DNA of 32,000 nucleotides from Geobacter sulfurreducens PCA (lineage in GTDB: Bacteria; Desulfobacterota; Desulfuromonadia; Geobacterales; Geobacteraceae), in NCBI RefSeq assembly GCF_000007985.2, contig NC_002939.5, positions 450,001 to 482,000 of the forward strand. Direction: 5' to 3'. The position numbers and the translations under genes are program-made. Below are positions 16,119 to 24,851 of the stretch, piece after piece (position 1 is the stretch's first letter; every line of letters starts with the position of its first letter). Below the pieces are notes generated by a model. That model had not been told where the DNA came from and made no database searches. It saw only the letters and a program-made list of their open reading frames with translations.

Positions 16119-17768
16119 ATGGAAAGCATCGTCAAGGAAGGGTCTCTCGGGTCCATTCTCTTCAAATGCCAGATCATCAGCGAGGACGACATCCGGCGGG
16201 CACTCGATGAGCAGGAGCGCACCGGAGGCCGCTTCGGCGAGGCACTGGTATCACTCGGCATTGTAACCCAGGAAGACATCGACTGGGCCCTGTCGAACCA
16301 GCTCAACATCCCCTACGTACGCCTCAAGCCGGCCATGGTCGACCGGGATGCCGTGGCGTTGGTCCCGGCGGTCATGGCCCGACAGCATAATCTCATCCCC
16401 CTGATCAGGGCCGGCGAGGAACTGAGCATCGCCATTGCCGACCCGCTCAACGTGGCGGCAGTGGCGGCCGTGGAAAAGGAGACCGGGTGCGCCGTGTCGG
16501 TTTCCGTGGCGCTCATCCGGGAGATCCGGGAGATGCAGGAGCGTTTCTACGGACCGCCCGACACGGAGGAACGCCTGGGGTTCACGTCGTCGGCGTTCCC
16601 ACCCCAGGCCCTTGCCGCCATGAATCACGACCTGACAGGGGGGAAGTTCATCGATTACCTGTTGCTGTTCGTGGCCCAGCAAAAGCTCAGCTCCCTTTCG
16701 CTCCACCCCCTGGGGGACAGGGTGTCGGTGATTGGCCGGCGCGGCGGCACCACGCGGGAGGTCGGACAGCTTGCCCCTTCCCGCTATCCCGACGTGGTCA
16801 TGCACGTCAAGAAACTTGCCCACATCGACGGGGCCCGGTTCTCCGCCCGTGGGGGGCTATCCTTTGCCCTGAAGGGCCGCTCCATTCCCTTTCAGGTGGC
16901 TACCCTGCGGGGAGAAGGCGGCGATCACCTCACCTTCAGGATGACGGTGGCGGCATTGTTCCCGACATCCCTTGCCGACCTGGGGCTGACGGACGACCAA
17001 GTCCGGCAGTTTGCCGATCTGGCGGCGGCCGGTCGCGGCATGGTGGTGACCGGAGCCCGGGATCGGGAGATTCGCCGCCGGCTCACGGATCTCTACCTTC
17101 AGGAGCATGAGGCGGAGGGGAAGACCGTGCTGGTCGTCGGCAGCGGCGCCGGCACGGGAGAGCAGCGGTTCCCCCGTATTCCGGTGCCGTCCGACGCGGA
17201 TCTGAGCGCTGTGGTTTCAGCCTGTCTGGAGCATGATCCGGATATTCTCGTCCTGGAGGATGTCACTGACGGCCAGGCCTTTGCGGCAGCATGCCGGGCA
17301 ACTCTGCGCGGTAAGCTGGTGGTGGCGGGGATCGGCTGCGGTGACGCCGTCGGCGCCCTGGACCAGCTTATCGCCTTCCGGGACATGCACGTTCTCGTGC
17401 CTGCGTATCTGCGGGGGGTGATTACCTGCACGCCGATCCGGCCCCTGTGCCCCGCATGCCGGCGAAGCGAGCCATTCCCCGCCGCAGAGCGGGCGGCTCT
17501 GGGGATCGGTGCCGACGTCACCTCTTGCTGGCGGTCGGCGGGATGCGAATCCTGCGACCAGACCGGCCATGACGGCAGGCGCTACCTGCTGGATGTGCTG
17601 GTTTTGGACCACGACCTCCGGGAGCGGTTCGAGGCGGCCCGCAACGGGGCAGAGGTGATCGAGCATTTGCGCGGACAGGGTTGGCGCGGGATCACGGACG
17701 AGCGGCAGACCCTGCTGGCTGAAGGCACTATTTCGCTGGAGGAGTACGCCTCCTCCCTGCACGGTTGA
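16119..17768 (+). CDS. PilB/GspE-family protein with N-terminal tandem MshEN-type motifs and degenerate (non-catalytic-looking) ATPase core
   Basis: Start placed at ATG 16119 (GGAGGAG RBS). N-terminal SLGSILFKCQIISEDDIRRALDEQ-ERTGG-RFGEALVSLGIVTQEDIDWALSNQ, then a T2SSE_N domain. At the Walker A position the sequence is TGARDREI instead of GPTGSGKT. The Walker B/His-box region reads DPDILVLEDV...RGKLVVAGIGCG instead of DPDxxxxGExRD...TGHLVxSTLHTN. The tetra-Cys zinc motif is retained (CPAC...CESC). Confidence 0.85.
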   Translation: MESIVKEGSLGSILFKCQIISEDDIRRALDEQERTGGRFGEALVSLGIVTQEDIDWALSNQLNIPYVRLKPAMVDRDAVALVPAVMARQHNLIPLIRAGEELSIAIADPLNVAAVAAVEKETGCAVSVSVALIREIREMQERFYGPPDTEERLGFTSSAFPPQALAAMNHDLTGGKFIDYLLLFVAQQKLSSLSLHPLGDRVSVIGRRGGTTREVGQLAPSRYPDVVMHVKKLAHIDGARFSARGGLSFALKGRSIPFQVATLRGEGGDHLTFRMTVAALFPTSLADLGLTDDQVRQFADLAAAGRGMVVTGARDREIRRRLTDLYLQEHEAEGKTVLVVGSGAGTGEQRFPRIPVPSDADLSAVVSACLEHDPDILVLEDVTDGQAFAAACRATLRGKLVVAGIGCGDAVGALDQLIAFRDMHVLVPAYLRGVITCTPIRPLCPACRRSEPFPAAERAALGIGADVTSCWRSAGCESCDQTGHDGRRYLLDVLVLDHDLRERFEAARNGAEVIEHLRGQGWRGITDERQTLLAEGTISLEEYASSLHG

Positions 17769-17781
17769 CGGAGACGGTTTC

Positions 17782-18852
17782 ATGGCACGTATCGACGCAC
17801 TGTTCAAGCTGCTGAAGGAGCAAGGGGCCTCCGACCTCCACCTGTCGTCCGGGGCTCCGCCCATTTTCAGGCTTCACGGAGAGATGGCGCGGCAGAACTT
17901 CAAGGTTCTTTCCCACGAGGAACTGACGGCCATCCTCTACGAAATCCTGACCGACAAGCAGAAGGCCGATTTCGAGGAGCGGCGGGACCTGGACTTCGCC
18001 TATGCCATTCCCGGCCTGGCCCGGTTCCGGGGGAACTACATGATGACCCACCGGGGCATCGCCGCGGTCTTCCGGATCATCCCCAGCAAGATCCTCTCGG
18101 CAGACGACCTGAGCCTTCCCGACGGGGTTCGCCGCATGACCCAGTTCAAGAAGGGGCTCGTGCTGGTCACCGGGCCCACGGGGTCGGGCAAGTCCACCAC
18201 CCTTGCCGCCATGATCGACCTCATCAACGCCACCCGCAAGGAGCACATCCTCACTCTGGAAGATCCTCTCGAATTCATCCACGAGAACAAGATGTCGCTC
18301 CTGAACCAGCGGCAGATCGGCGAGCACTCCCTGAGTTTTTCCGCCGCCCTTCGCGCCGCCCTGCGGGAGGACCCCGACGTGATCCTCGTGGGCGAGATGC
18401 GGGACCTGGAGACCATAGGCCTCGCCATGAGCGCAGCCGAGACCGGCCACCTGGTCTTCGGCACCCTCCATACCAACTCGGCGGCCAAGACCATCGACCG
18501 GATCATCGACGTTTTTCCCACCGATCAGCAGGAGCAGACCCGGGCCATGCTCTCCGAATCTCTCAAAGGGGTCGTCTGCCAGCAGCTTCTCAAAACCGCC
18601 GACGGCAAGGGGCGGGTTGCGGCACTGGAGATCATGCTCGGCACACCGGCCATCGCCAACCTGATCAGGGAGGGGAAAACCTTCCAGATCCCCTCCATCA
18701 TCCAGACTGCCAAGCGTGACGGCATGCAGCTCATGGACCAGCACCTGCTGGACCTCTTCAAGACCAAGCGGATCACCGCCGAAGAGGCCTACCGCTGCGC
18801 CCAGGACAAGAAGCAGTTCGAGCAGTACCTGACGGAAAAGCCGGGCCAGTAG
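17782..18852 (+). CDS. pilT: Type IV pilus retraction ATPase PilT
   Basis: Has GASDLHL, Walker [21 protein letters not shown], Walker [13 protein letters not shown], His box [12 protein letters not shown] and the PilT signature [10 protein letters not shown]. Starts 13 nt after the upstream gene. Confidence 0.95.
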   Translation: MARIDALFKLLKEQGASDLHLSSGAPPIFRLHGEMARQNFKVLSHEELTAILYEILTDKQKADFEERRDLDFAYAIPGLARFRGNYMMTHRGIAAVFRIIPSKILSADDLSLPDGVRRMTQFKKGLVLVTGPTGSGKSTTLAAMIDLINATRKEHILTLEDPLEFIHENKMSLLNQRQIGEHSLSFSAALRAALREDPDVILVGEMRDLETIGLAMSAAETGHLVFGTLHTNSAAKTIDRIIDVFPTDQQEQTRAMLSESLKGVVCQQLLKTADGKGRVAALEIMLGTPAIANLIREGKTFQIPSIIQTAKRDGMQLMDQHLLDLFKTKRITAEEAYRCAQDKKQFEQYLTEKPGQ

Positions 18853-18865
18853 GATGAAAAAAACC

Positions 18866-18895
18866 TTGCCAGAGCAGCAGGTCGCATGATATATA
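18866..18895 (+). promoter_or_regulatory. Sigma-70-type promoter (extended -10) for tRNA-Pro
   Basis: TTGCCA (18866-18871), 18 nt spacer, TATATA (18890-18895) preceded by TG-n. The -10 box ends 14 nt before the tRNA 5' end. Confidence 0.4.
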
Positions 18896-18909
18896 AATTG
18901 CTTCTTAGT

Positions 18910-18986
<77 letters not shown>

Positions 18987-18996
18987 TAAAAAGATC

Positions 18997-19035
18997 AAGG
19001 GGTTACGGCGAACGCTGTAGCCCCTTACTTCTTTT
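18997..19035 (+). terminator. Rho-independent terminator after tRNA-Pro
   Basis: 10-bp stem AAGGGGTTAC/GTAGCCCCTT (one G-U). The loop GGCGAACGCT can itself extend the stem (GCG-AA-CGC). Followed by ACTTCTTTT. Confidence 0.6.
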
Positions 19036-19235
19036 GCGATCTCTCTGCGCAGAGCTTCTCGCTTCTTTCAGGTCCGCCCGACAGCTACATCCCCCACCGA
19101 CCTGCTTCTAAAGCCCTTGTTCCGTCCGACCGTTTCGGGCATCCCGTTCCGCGTCGTTAAAAGGGTTGTCACCCGCGGGTCGAAATGCTACAAGATTTTA
19201 TTTGGCGTCATTTCGCACGGTTCTGTCTGAACTCC

Positions 19236-20651
19236 ATGGCTAACGGTGATCTTCACGATTTTCTTGCCGAGTTGGAACGGCTCGGTGACCTTCATCGGGT
19301 GGCGGCTGAAGTCGACCCGGTGCTTGAGGTGGCCGCCATCACCGACCGGGTGAGCAAGCTGCCGGGCGGGGGGAAGGGGCTTCTTTTCGAGCGCGTGAAG
19401 GGCTCCCGCTTCCCACTGGTCACCAACGTCTTCGGCTCGGCCGGACGGGTGGCAGCCGCCCTTGGCGCGGCAACCCTCGACGACTTGACGGCGCGGATGG
19501 AGTCGCTCCTCGCCGCCGTGCCCCCCGCGAAAACGGCATCCCCCCTGGAGGCGATGGCCTCCCTGGCCGAGATGCGGCGCTTTGCCCCCATGATCGTGGA
19601 GAAGGCGCCCTGCCAGGAGGTGGTGGAGGCGCCGGACCTCCTGCGCTACCCGTTTCCGCACTCCTGGCCCGGCGACGGTGGCCGCTTCATCACTCTTCCC
19701 CTTGTTGTTACCCGTGACCCGGAGACGAACACTCCCAACTGCGGCATGTACCGCGTGCGGGTGGTGGATGGAGCCAGCGCCGGCATCCGGTGGTATGCGG
19801 GGAAGGGGGGCGAGCTCCACTGTCGGCGCCATCGGGAGCGCGGGGAGCGGATGCCCGTGGCCGTGGCCATCGGCGGCGATCCGGCGGCAATCCTGGCGGC
19901 GATCCTTCCCCTTCCCGAGGGGTTCGACGAAATGCTCTTTGCTGGTTTTCTCCGGGGGCGCCCCCTGGAGCTGGCGCGCTGCCGGACCAGCGACCTGCTG
20001 GTCCCGGCCGGGGCGGAACTGGTTCTGGAAGGCTATGTGGAGCCCGGCGAGACGGTCATGGACGGCGCCTTCGGCAACCATACGGGCTTTTACGCCCCGG
20101 CGGCATCGGTGCCCCTCATGCGGCTCACCTGCATAACGCGCCGCGCCGATTGCCTCTGCCCGGCCACGGTGGTGGGCCGGCCCCCCATGGAGGACTGCTA
20201 TCTGGCCAAGGCGGCGGAGCGGCTCCTGCTGCCGGTGCTCAGGATGCGCTGGCCCGAGATCGTCGACATCAACTATCCGCTGGAATGGATATTCAACGGA
20301 GGCGCTGTTCTTTCGCTGCGGGAATGCTCTTCCTCCCGGGTCCGCCGGATCGTCACGGAACTTTGGAGTTCGGGGCTTGCCGGGCCCGGCAGGCTTCTGG
20401 TGGCGGTGGACGAGGGGACGCGGGTCGATGATCCCGCCGACGTGGCTTGGCGGGCCATGAACGCGGTGGACTGGCGGACCGATCTGATCATTGCCGAGCG
20501 TGACGCCGCAGCCGCCTGGCCCGGCCTCGGTTCGCGGCTGGCCATCGACGCCACCCGATCCGCTGCCCGCCGCTACGGAGCAGAAGAACTCGTGCCGGAC
20601 CGGGAGACGGCCCGGCGTGTGGACTCGCGTTGGAGGGAATACGGATTCTGA
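19236..20651 (+). CDS. UbiD-family (prFMN-dependent) decarboxylase, menaquinone/futalosine-pathway type (MqnL-like)
   Basis: The opening DLHDFLAELERLGDLHRV is the typical UbiD N-terminus, followed by GMYRVRVVDG...IRWYAGKGG...PVAVAIGGDP. Start chosen at ATG 19236, where family similarity begins; ATG 19185 is also open. Neither has a good RBS. Confidence 0.88.
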   Translation: MANGDLHDFLAELERLGDLHRVAAEVDPVLEVAAITDRVSKLPGGGKGLLFERVKGSRFPLVTNVFGSAGRVAAALGAATLDDLTARMESLLAAVPPAKTASPLEAMASLAEMRRFAPMIVEKAPCQEVVEAPDLLRYPFPHSWPGDGGRFITLPLVVTRDPETNTPNCGMYRVRVVDGASAGIRWYAGKGGELHCRRHRERGERMPVAVAIGGDPAAILAAILPLPEGFDEMLFAGFLRGRPLELARCRTSDLLVPAGAELVLEGYVEPGETVMDGAFGNHTGFYAPAASVPLMRLTCITRRADCLCPATVVGRPPMEDCYLAKAAERLLLPVLRMRWPEIVDINYPLEWIFNGGAVLSLRECSSSRVRRIVTELWSSGLAGPGRLLVAVDEGTRVDDPADVAWRAMNAVDWRTDLIIAERDAAAAWPGLGSRLAIDATRSAARRYGAEELVPDRETARRVDSRWREYGF

Positions 20652-21181
20652 TGATGTTCCGGCTTGGCTGGGGAATACTCGTATGCCTCTTTCTGGCTCT
20701 GGCAGCGGGATGCTATCACTTGCGGCTCGAGCCGGCTGCGTTGCCGGTTCAGCGGGCCGTTACGGCCCGTTCGGCTGCCGATGTCTTTGATCGGGTGCGG
20801 GATGTTCTCGTCCAGGACGGATACGCCGTGGAGCGGGACGAGAGGCGGGACAACGGCGAGGGGGGCGTCATCACCTGCGGATACCGCCACTTCTCGACCC
20901 GGGCCGGGGGAATTTCCCAGCCGGTCGGGGGGCGCCTCTACTATCACCGGTTGATGATCACCGTGAACGGCGGCGAAGAGGGGGCCGAGATCCTCATGGA
21001 ATCCACCGGCCTGGAAATCCGTTCCAGCTACGTCTATGAGGAGGGGGGCGCAGTTCGTTCGTTTGCCAAGCGCTACCCCTACGAGCAGTATCCCGGCATG
21101 TTCGACCTGAAGGCGGTGGATCGAGAACTGGCGCGGGTGAGAGGGATGCTGGAGGCCGCTCTGCGGCAGGGGGAACGATGA
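20651..21181 (+). CDS. Predicted lipoprotein of unknown function embedded in the quinone operon
   Basis: The ATG shares one nt with the UbiD stop (TGATG), and the stop overlaps the UbiA-like start (ATGA). Signal peptide MMFRLGWGILVCLFLALAAGC carries a lipobox. No family recognised by eye. Coding status is supported mainly by coupling and the signal peptide. Confidence 0.65.
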   Translation: MMFRLGWGILVCLFLALAAGCYHLRLEPAALPVQRAVTARSAADVFDRVRDVLVQDGYAVERDERRDNGEGGVITCGYRHFSTRAGGISQPVGGRLYYHRLMITVNGGEEGAEILMESTGLEIRSSYVYEEGGAVRSFAKRYPYEQYPGMFDLKAVDRELARVRGMLEAALRQGER

Positions 21182-22077
21182 TGGTGAGCGAGGAAGGGCT
21201 GGAGAAGGGTATGTTTGCCAAGATCAGAGTATTTCTGGAGATGATCAAGTTTTCCCACACGGTGTTCGCCCTGCCGTTCGCCTTTACCGGCGCGGTGCTT
21301 GCGGCCGACGGCATGCCGTCGGCGCACCAGGTGTTCTGGATTCTGATGGCTATGGTGGGGGCGCGGACCGCCGCCATGGGCATGAACCGCCTGATCGACG
21401 CCGAAATCGACGCCCGGAACCCCCGTACCGCAAGCCGCGCCATCCCGGCAGGGCTCATCGGCACGGGGACGGTGGCCCTTTTCATCGTACTCTCCATTCT
21501 GCTCATGCTCTACGCCGCCTGGCAGCTCAATCCGCTCTGCCTCTATCTTTCGCCCGTGGCCCTTTTCTTCCTGGGGCTCTATTCCTACTGCAAGCGGTTC
21601 ACCTCCCTGGCTCACGTGGTCCTCGGCATCTGCCTGGCAGCCGCGCCGCTGGGTGCCTGGATCGCCATCAGGGGCACGGTGGAGGTGCCGGCGATCCTGC
21701 TGGGACTCGCGGTCCTCTTCTGGGTGGCCGGGTTCGATATCCTCTATGCCCTCCAGGATCTGGACTTCGACCGCGCCAGCGGGCTCCATTCCATCCCGGT
21801 GCGGCTCGGGGTAAACGGCTCACTCTGGGCAGCCCGGGTCTTTCATCTGGTGATGCTGGGGCTCCTGGCCGGGCTCTACCTAAGCGCGGGGCTCGGCCCC
21901 TGGTTCCTGGCCGGCCTGGCCGCCACCATCGCCATGCTCGGCTATGAGCACTGGCTCCTGCGCCACGGCGACCTGACCAAGCTCGACGCAGCCTTTTTCA
22001 CCATGAACGGCTACATCAGCATCACGCTGTTCGTGGCAACCCTGGCCGATGTGCTGGCGGGACGGGGGGGCGTATGA
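21178..22077 (+). CDS. UbiA-family aromatic prenyltransferase (MqnP-like)
   Basis: Polytopic membrane protein with the two Asp-rich motifs NRLIDAEIDARNPRT and DILYALQDLDFD. The start could alternatively be the internal ATG at 21211. Confidence 0.9.
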   Translation: MMVSEEGLEKGMFAKIRVFLEMIKFSHTVFALPFAFTGAVLAADGMPSAHQVFWILMAMVGARTAAMGMNRLIDAEIDARNPRTASRAIPAGLIGTGTVALFIVLSILLMLYAAWQLNPLCLYLSPVALFFLGLYSYCKRFTSLAHVVLGICLAAAPLGAWIAIRGTVEVPAILLGLAVLFWVAGFDILYALQDLDFDRASGLHSIPVRLGVNGSLWAARVFHLVMLGLLAGLYLSAGLGPWFLAGLAATIAMLGYEHWLLRHGDLTKLDAAFFTMNGYISITLFVATLADVLAGRGGV

Positions 22078-22697
22078 GCGGGCGGCACGTGGTCTTGGCC
22101 ATCACCGGCGCATCCGGGGCAGTGTACGGGCTTCGCCTGGGTTGTGAGCTTCTGGCGGCGGGCTGTCGGCTCACTCTTCTGATCAGCCGGCCGGGTTTTA
22201 CCGTCATTCGGGAAGAGTGCGGCCTCGATTGGGGGGATTGGCCCCATGAGACCCTGGGCGCCCTGGAGGAGTACTTTCGGCCTGCGCCGGGGATGCTCGC
22301 CTACTATACGGAGGACGATCTCATGGCTCCGGTGGCGAGTGGTTCCCGTGCGCCTGACGCCATGGTCGTCTGTCCCTGCTCCATGGGGAGCCTGGCCCGG
22401 ATCGCGGCGGGCCTTTCAAGCACCCTGACCGAGCGGTGTGCCGACGTGACCCTCAAGGAGGGGAGACCCCTGGTGCTGGTGCCGCGGGAGACCCCCTTGT
22501 CGGCCATCCACCTGGAAAATATGCTGAAGCTGGCGCGGCTCGGGGTTCGGATCGTGCCGGCCATGCCCGGTTTCTACCACGAACCGCGCACCGTGGACGA
22601 CCTGGTCGGTTTTGTGGTGGGCAAGGTGCTGGACGCACTTCAGATTCCCCATGAGTTGTTCACCCGCTGGGGTGACGTATCCCGGGTGGAGGAGTGA
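22074..22697 (+). CDS. ubiX: Flavin prenyltransferase UbiX (prFMN synthase; MqnM-like in this context)
   Basis: The start overlaps the upstream stop (ATGA). Has VVLAITGASGAVYGLRL, MVVCPCSMGSLARIAAG and PLVLVPRETPLSAIHLENMLKLARLGVRIVPAMPGFY, which are conserved UbiX/Pad1 blocks. Confidence 0.93.
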   Translation: MSGRHVVLAITGASGAVYGLRLGCELLAAGCRLTLLISRPGFTVIREECGLDWGDWPHETLGALEEYFRPAPGMLAYYTEDDLMAPVASGSRAPDAMVVCPCSMGSLARIAAGLSSTLTERCADVTLKEGRPLVLVPRETPLSAIHLENMLKLARLGVRIVPAMPGFYHEPRTVDDLVGFVVGKVLDALQIPHELFTRWGDVSRVEE

Positions 22698-22701
22698 TGG
22701 G

Positions 22702-23787
22702 ATGAGTATTTCATTGGCGACAATTAGCGGCCGGGTCCATGCCGGCGAACGGATCAGCGACGAGGAGGCCCTGTTCCTCTTCGAGAGCCGCGACCCCCTG
22801 GCCGTGGGAGAACTGGCCGCAGCCGTCAACCGCCGCCGCAACGGCGACCGGGTCTTCTTCAACGTGAACCGGCACATCAACCACACGAACATCTGCGTCA
22901 ACCGCTGCTCCTTCTGTGCCTTCTACCGCGCCGCCGACGAGCCGGGGGCATACCTCTACGACCTGGAGGAGATCCGCAACCGCGCGGCCGAGGCCCACGC
23001 CCAGGGTGCCACCGAGATTCACATCGTGGGCGGCCTCCACCCCGATCTTCCCTTCGACTTCTATCTCGCCATGCTCCGGACCGTGAAGGAGGTCTCCCCG
23101 GACCTCCACGTGAAGGCCTTTACCGCGGTTGAGATCGAGTACCTGTCGCGGCTCGCCGGCCTTTCGACGGCCGAAACCCTGACAGTGCTGAAGGAGGCGG
23201 GACTCGGCTCGCTCCCCGGCGGCGGGGCGGAAATCTTTGCTCCGGCCGTGCGCAACCGGCTCTGTCCCGAGAAGATCTCCGGCGACAAGTGGCTGGCCAT
23301 CATGGAGGAGGTCCACCGGGCCGGGCTCAAATCCAATGCCACCATGCTCTACGGCCACATCGAGAGCTACGCGGACCGCGTGGACCACATGCGCCGCCTG
23401 CGTGAGCTTCAGGACCGCACCGGCGGCTTCCAGGTCTTCATCCCCCTGGCCTTCCAGAAGGATAACAACCCCCTGGGGCACCTGAAACGCCCCGGGCCCG
23501 GTGGGGTCGACGCCCTGCTCACCCTGGCCGTGGCCCGCATCTACCTGGACAATTTCGCCAATATCAAAGCCTACTGGGTCATGCTCGGGGTAAAGATCGC
23601 CCAGACTTCCCTGGCCTTCGGGGTAAACGATCTGGACGGCACGGTGGTGGAGGAGAAGATCGGCCATGATGCCGGCGCCGCTTCCCCCCAGACCATGGGG
23701 CGCGACGAAATCGTCTCCCTGATCCGCACGGCCGGCCGGGTGCCGGTAGAGCGGGATACGCTGTACAACGAACTGCGGGTGTACTGA
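22702..23787 (+). CDS. mqnE: Radical SAM enzyme of the MqnE/MqnC family (tentatively aminofutalosine synthase MqnE)
   Basis: Start at ATG 22702 (GGAGGAG RBS; the track ORF's N-terminal 30 aa overlap ubiX). Radical SAM motif CVNRCSFCAFYR, TEIHIVGGLHPD, and GSLPGGGAEIF. The E-versus-C assignment of this and the next gene cannot be settled by eye. Confidence 0.8.
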   Translation: MSISLATISGRVHAGERISDEEALFLFESRDPLAVGELAAAVNRRRNGDRVFFNVNRHINHTNICVNRCSFCAFYRAADEPGAYLYDLEEIRNRAAEAHAQGATEIHIVGGLHPDLPFDFYLAMLRTVKEVSPDLHVKAFTAVEIEYLSRLAGLSTAETLTVLKEAGLGSLPGGGAEIFAPAVRNRLCPEKISGDKWLAIMEEVHRAGLKSNATMLYGHIESYADRVDHMRRLRELQDRTGGFQVFIPLAFQKDNNPLGHLKRPGPGGVDALLTLAVARIYLDNFANIKAYWVMLGVKIAQTSLAFGVNDLDGTVVEEKIGHDAGAASPQTMGRDEIVSLIRTAGRVPVERDTLYNELRVY

Positions 23788-24851
23788 TGCCGATACGTGC
23801 CATGGAAAAAGCAACCGCCGGGAAACTCCTCACGCGGGCCGAAGCGCTCAGCCTCCTGACGGAGGGGGACCTCCTCGCCCTGGGCCGGCTCGCCGATGCT
23901 GTCCGCCGGAGGATGCACCCGGAAAACCTGGTTACCTTCGTGGTGGACCGCAACGTCAACTACACCAACGTCTGCGAGTCCAAGTGCAAATTTTGTGCGT
24001 TCTACCGCGACGAGGCAGCTCCCGACGCCTATCTGCTGGCCGAGGAGGCCATCTTCGCCAAGATCGCCGAGCTGGTGGAACACGGCGGGACCCAGCTCCT
24101 CATGCAGGGGGGGCTCCATCCCCAGTTGGGGATCGACTGGTTCGAGGACCTTTTTCGGGGGATCAAGGCCCGCTTTCCGCAGGTACAGAACCATTCACTC
24201 TCGCCGGCGGAGATCACTCAGATCGCCACGGTCTCGAAACTCACCATCCCGGAGACGGTGCGCCGGCTCCGGGAGGCGGGGCTCGACTCCATTCCCGGCG
24301 GCGGCGCCGAGATCCTGGTGGACAGCGTGCGGCAGGAAATCTCGCCCCGCAAGATCGGCTGGGAGGGCTGGGCCGCGGTGATGAGTGAGGCAGCCCGCCA
24401 GGGAATGGCCACCACGGCTACTATGATGTTCGGCAGCCGCGAGACCCCCGAGGATATCGTGGAGCACCTCTTCCGCGTCCGGGAGCTCCAGGCCGCCGGA
24501 GGGTCCTTCACCGCCTTCATCCCCTGGACCTACCAGCCGGGCAACACCGAGCTCGGCGGCACGGGGGCCACCGGCGTGGAGTACCTGAAGGTCCTGGCCC
24601 TGTCGCGGATCGTCCTCGACAACATTCCCAGCATCCAGGCCAGCTGGGTGACCCAGGGTGCAGCTATGGCCCAGGTGTCGCTCTTCTTCGGCGCCAATGA
24701 CCTGGGCGGGACCATGCTGGAGGAGAACGTGGTGGCCGCGGCCGGCTGCACCTTCCGCATGAGCCGCGAGGAGATGGTGGAGCTCATCCGTGAGGCCGGG
24801 TTCCGGGCTGCCCAGAGGACGACGCTCTATTCGATAATCCGCGAGTATTGA
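23787..24851 (+). CDS. mqnC: Radical SAM enzyme of the MqnE/MqnC family (tentatively cyclic dehypoxanthinyl-futalosine synthase MqnC)
   Basis: The ATG shares one nt with the upstream stop (TGATG). Has VVDRNVNYTNVCESKCKFCAFYR, TQLLMQGGLHP and DSIPGGGAEIL. Paralogous to the preceding gene. Confidence 0.8.
   Translation: MPIRAMEKATAGKLLTRAEALSLLTEGDLLALGRLADAVRRRMHPENLVTFVVDRNVNYTNVCESKCKFCAFYRDEAAPDAYLLAEEAIFAKIAELVEHGGTQLLMQGGLHPQLGIDWFEDLFRGIKARFPQVQNHSLSPAEITQIATVSKLTIPETVRRLREAGLDSIPGGGAEILVDSVRQEISPRKIGWEGWAAVMSEAARQGMATTATMMFGSRETPEDIVEHLFRVRELQAAGGSFTAFIPWTYQPGNTELGGTGATGVEYLKVLALSRIVLDNIPSIQASWVTQGAAMAQVSLFFGANDLGGTMLEENVVAAAGCTFRMSREEMVELIREAGFRAAQRTTLYSIIREY

Noticed and set aside
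19203-19217. Sigma-54-like TGGCGT-N5-CGCA upstream of the UbiD-like gene
   Set aside because: The GC dinucleotide is one position too close to the GG (11 instead of 12 nt), the TTGC box is not matched, and the element would sit only about 20 nt from the start codon.
18987-19235. Possible integrated element at the tRNA-Pro 3' flank
   Set aside because: No integrase, excisionase or phage/IS gene follows, and I saw no direct repeat of the tRNA 3' end by eye within the window. Downstream genes are housekeeping quinone biosynthesis.
22711-23814. 367-aa minus-strand ORF antisense to the first radical SAM gene (similar cases: 5364-6329, 24195-24917, 25222-26226, 28859-29947, 30222-31049)
   Set aside because: All lie opposite genes with clear family signatures, lack RBS and motifs, and have G/R/P/H/D-biased composition typical of antisense frames in GC-rich genomes.
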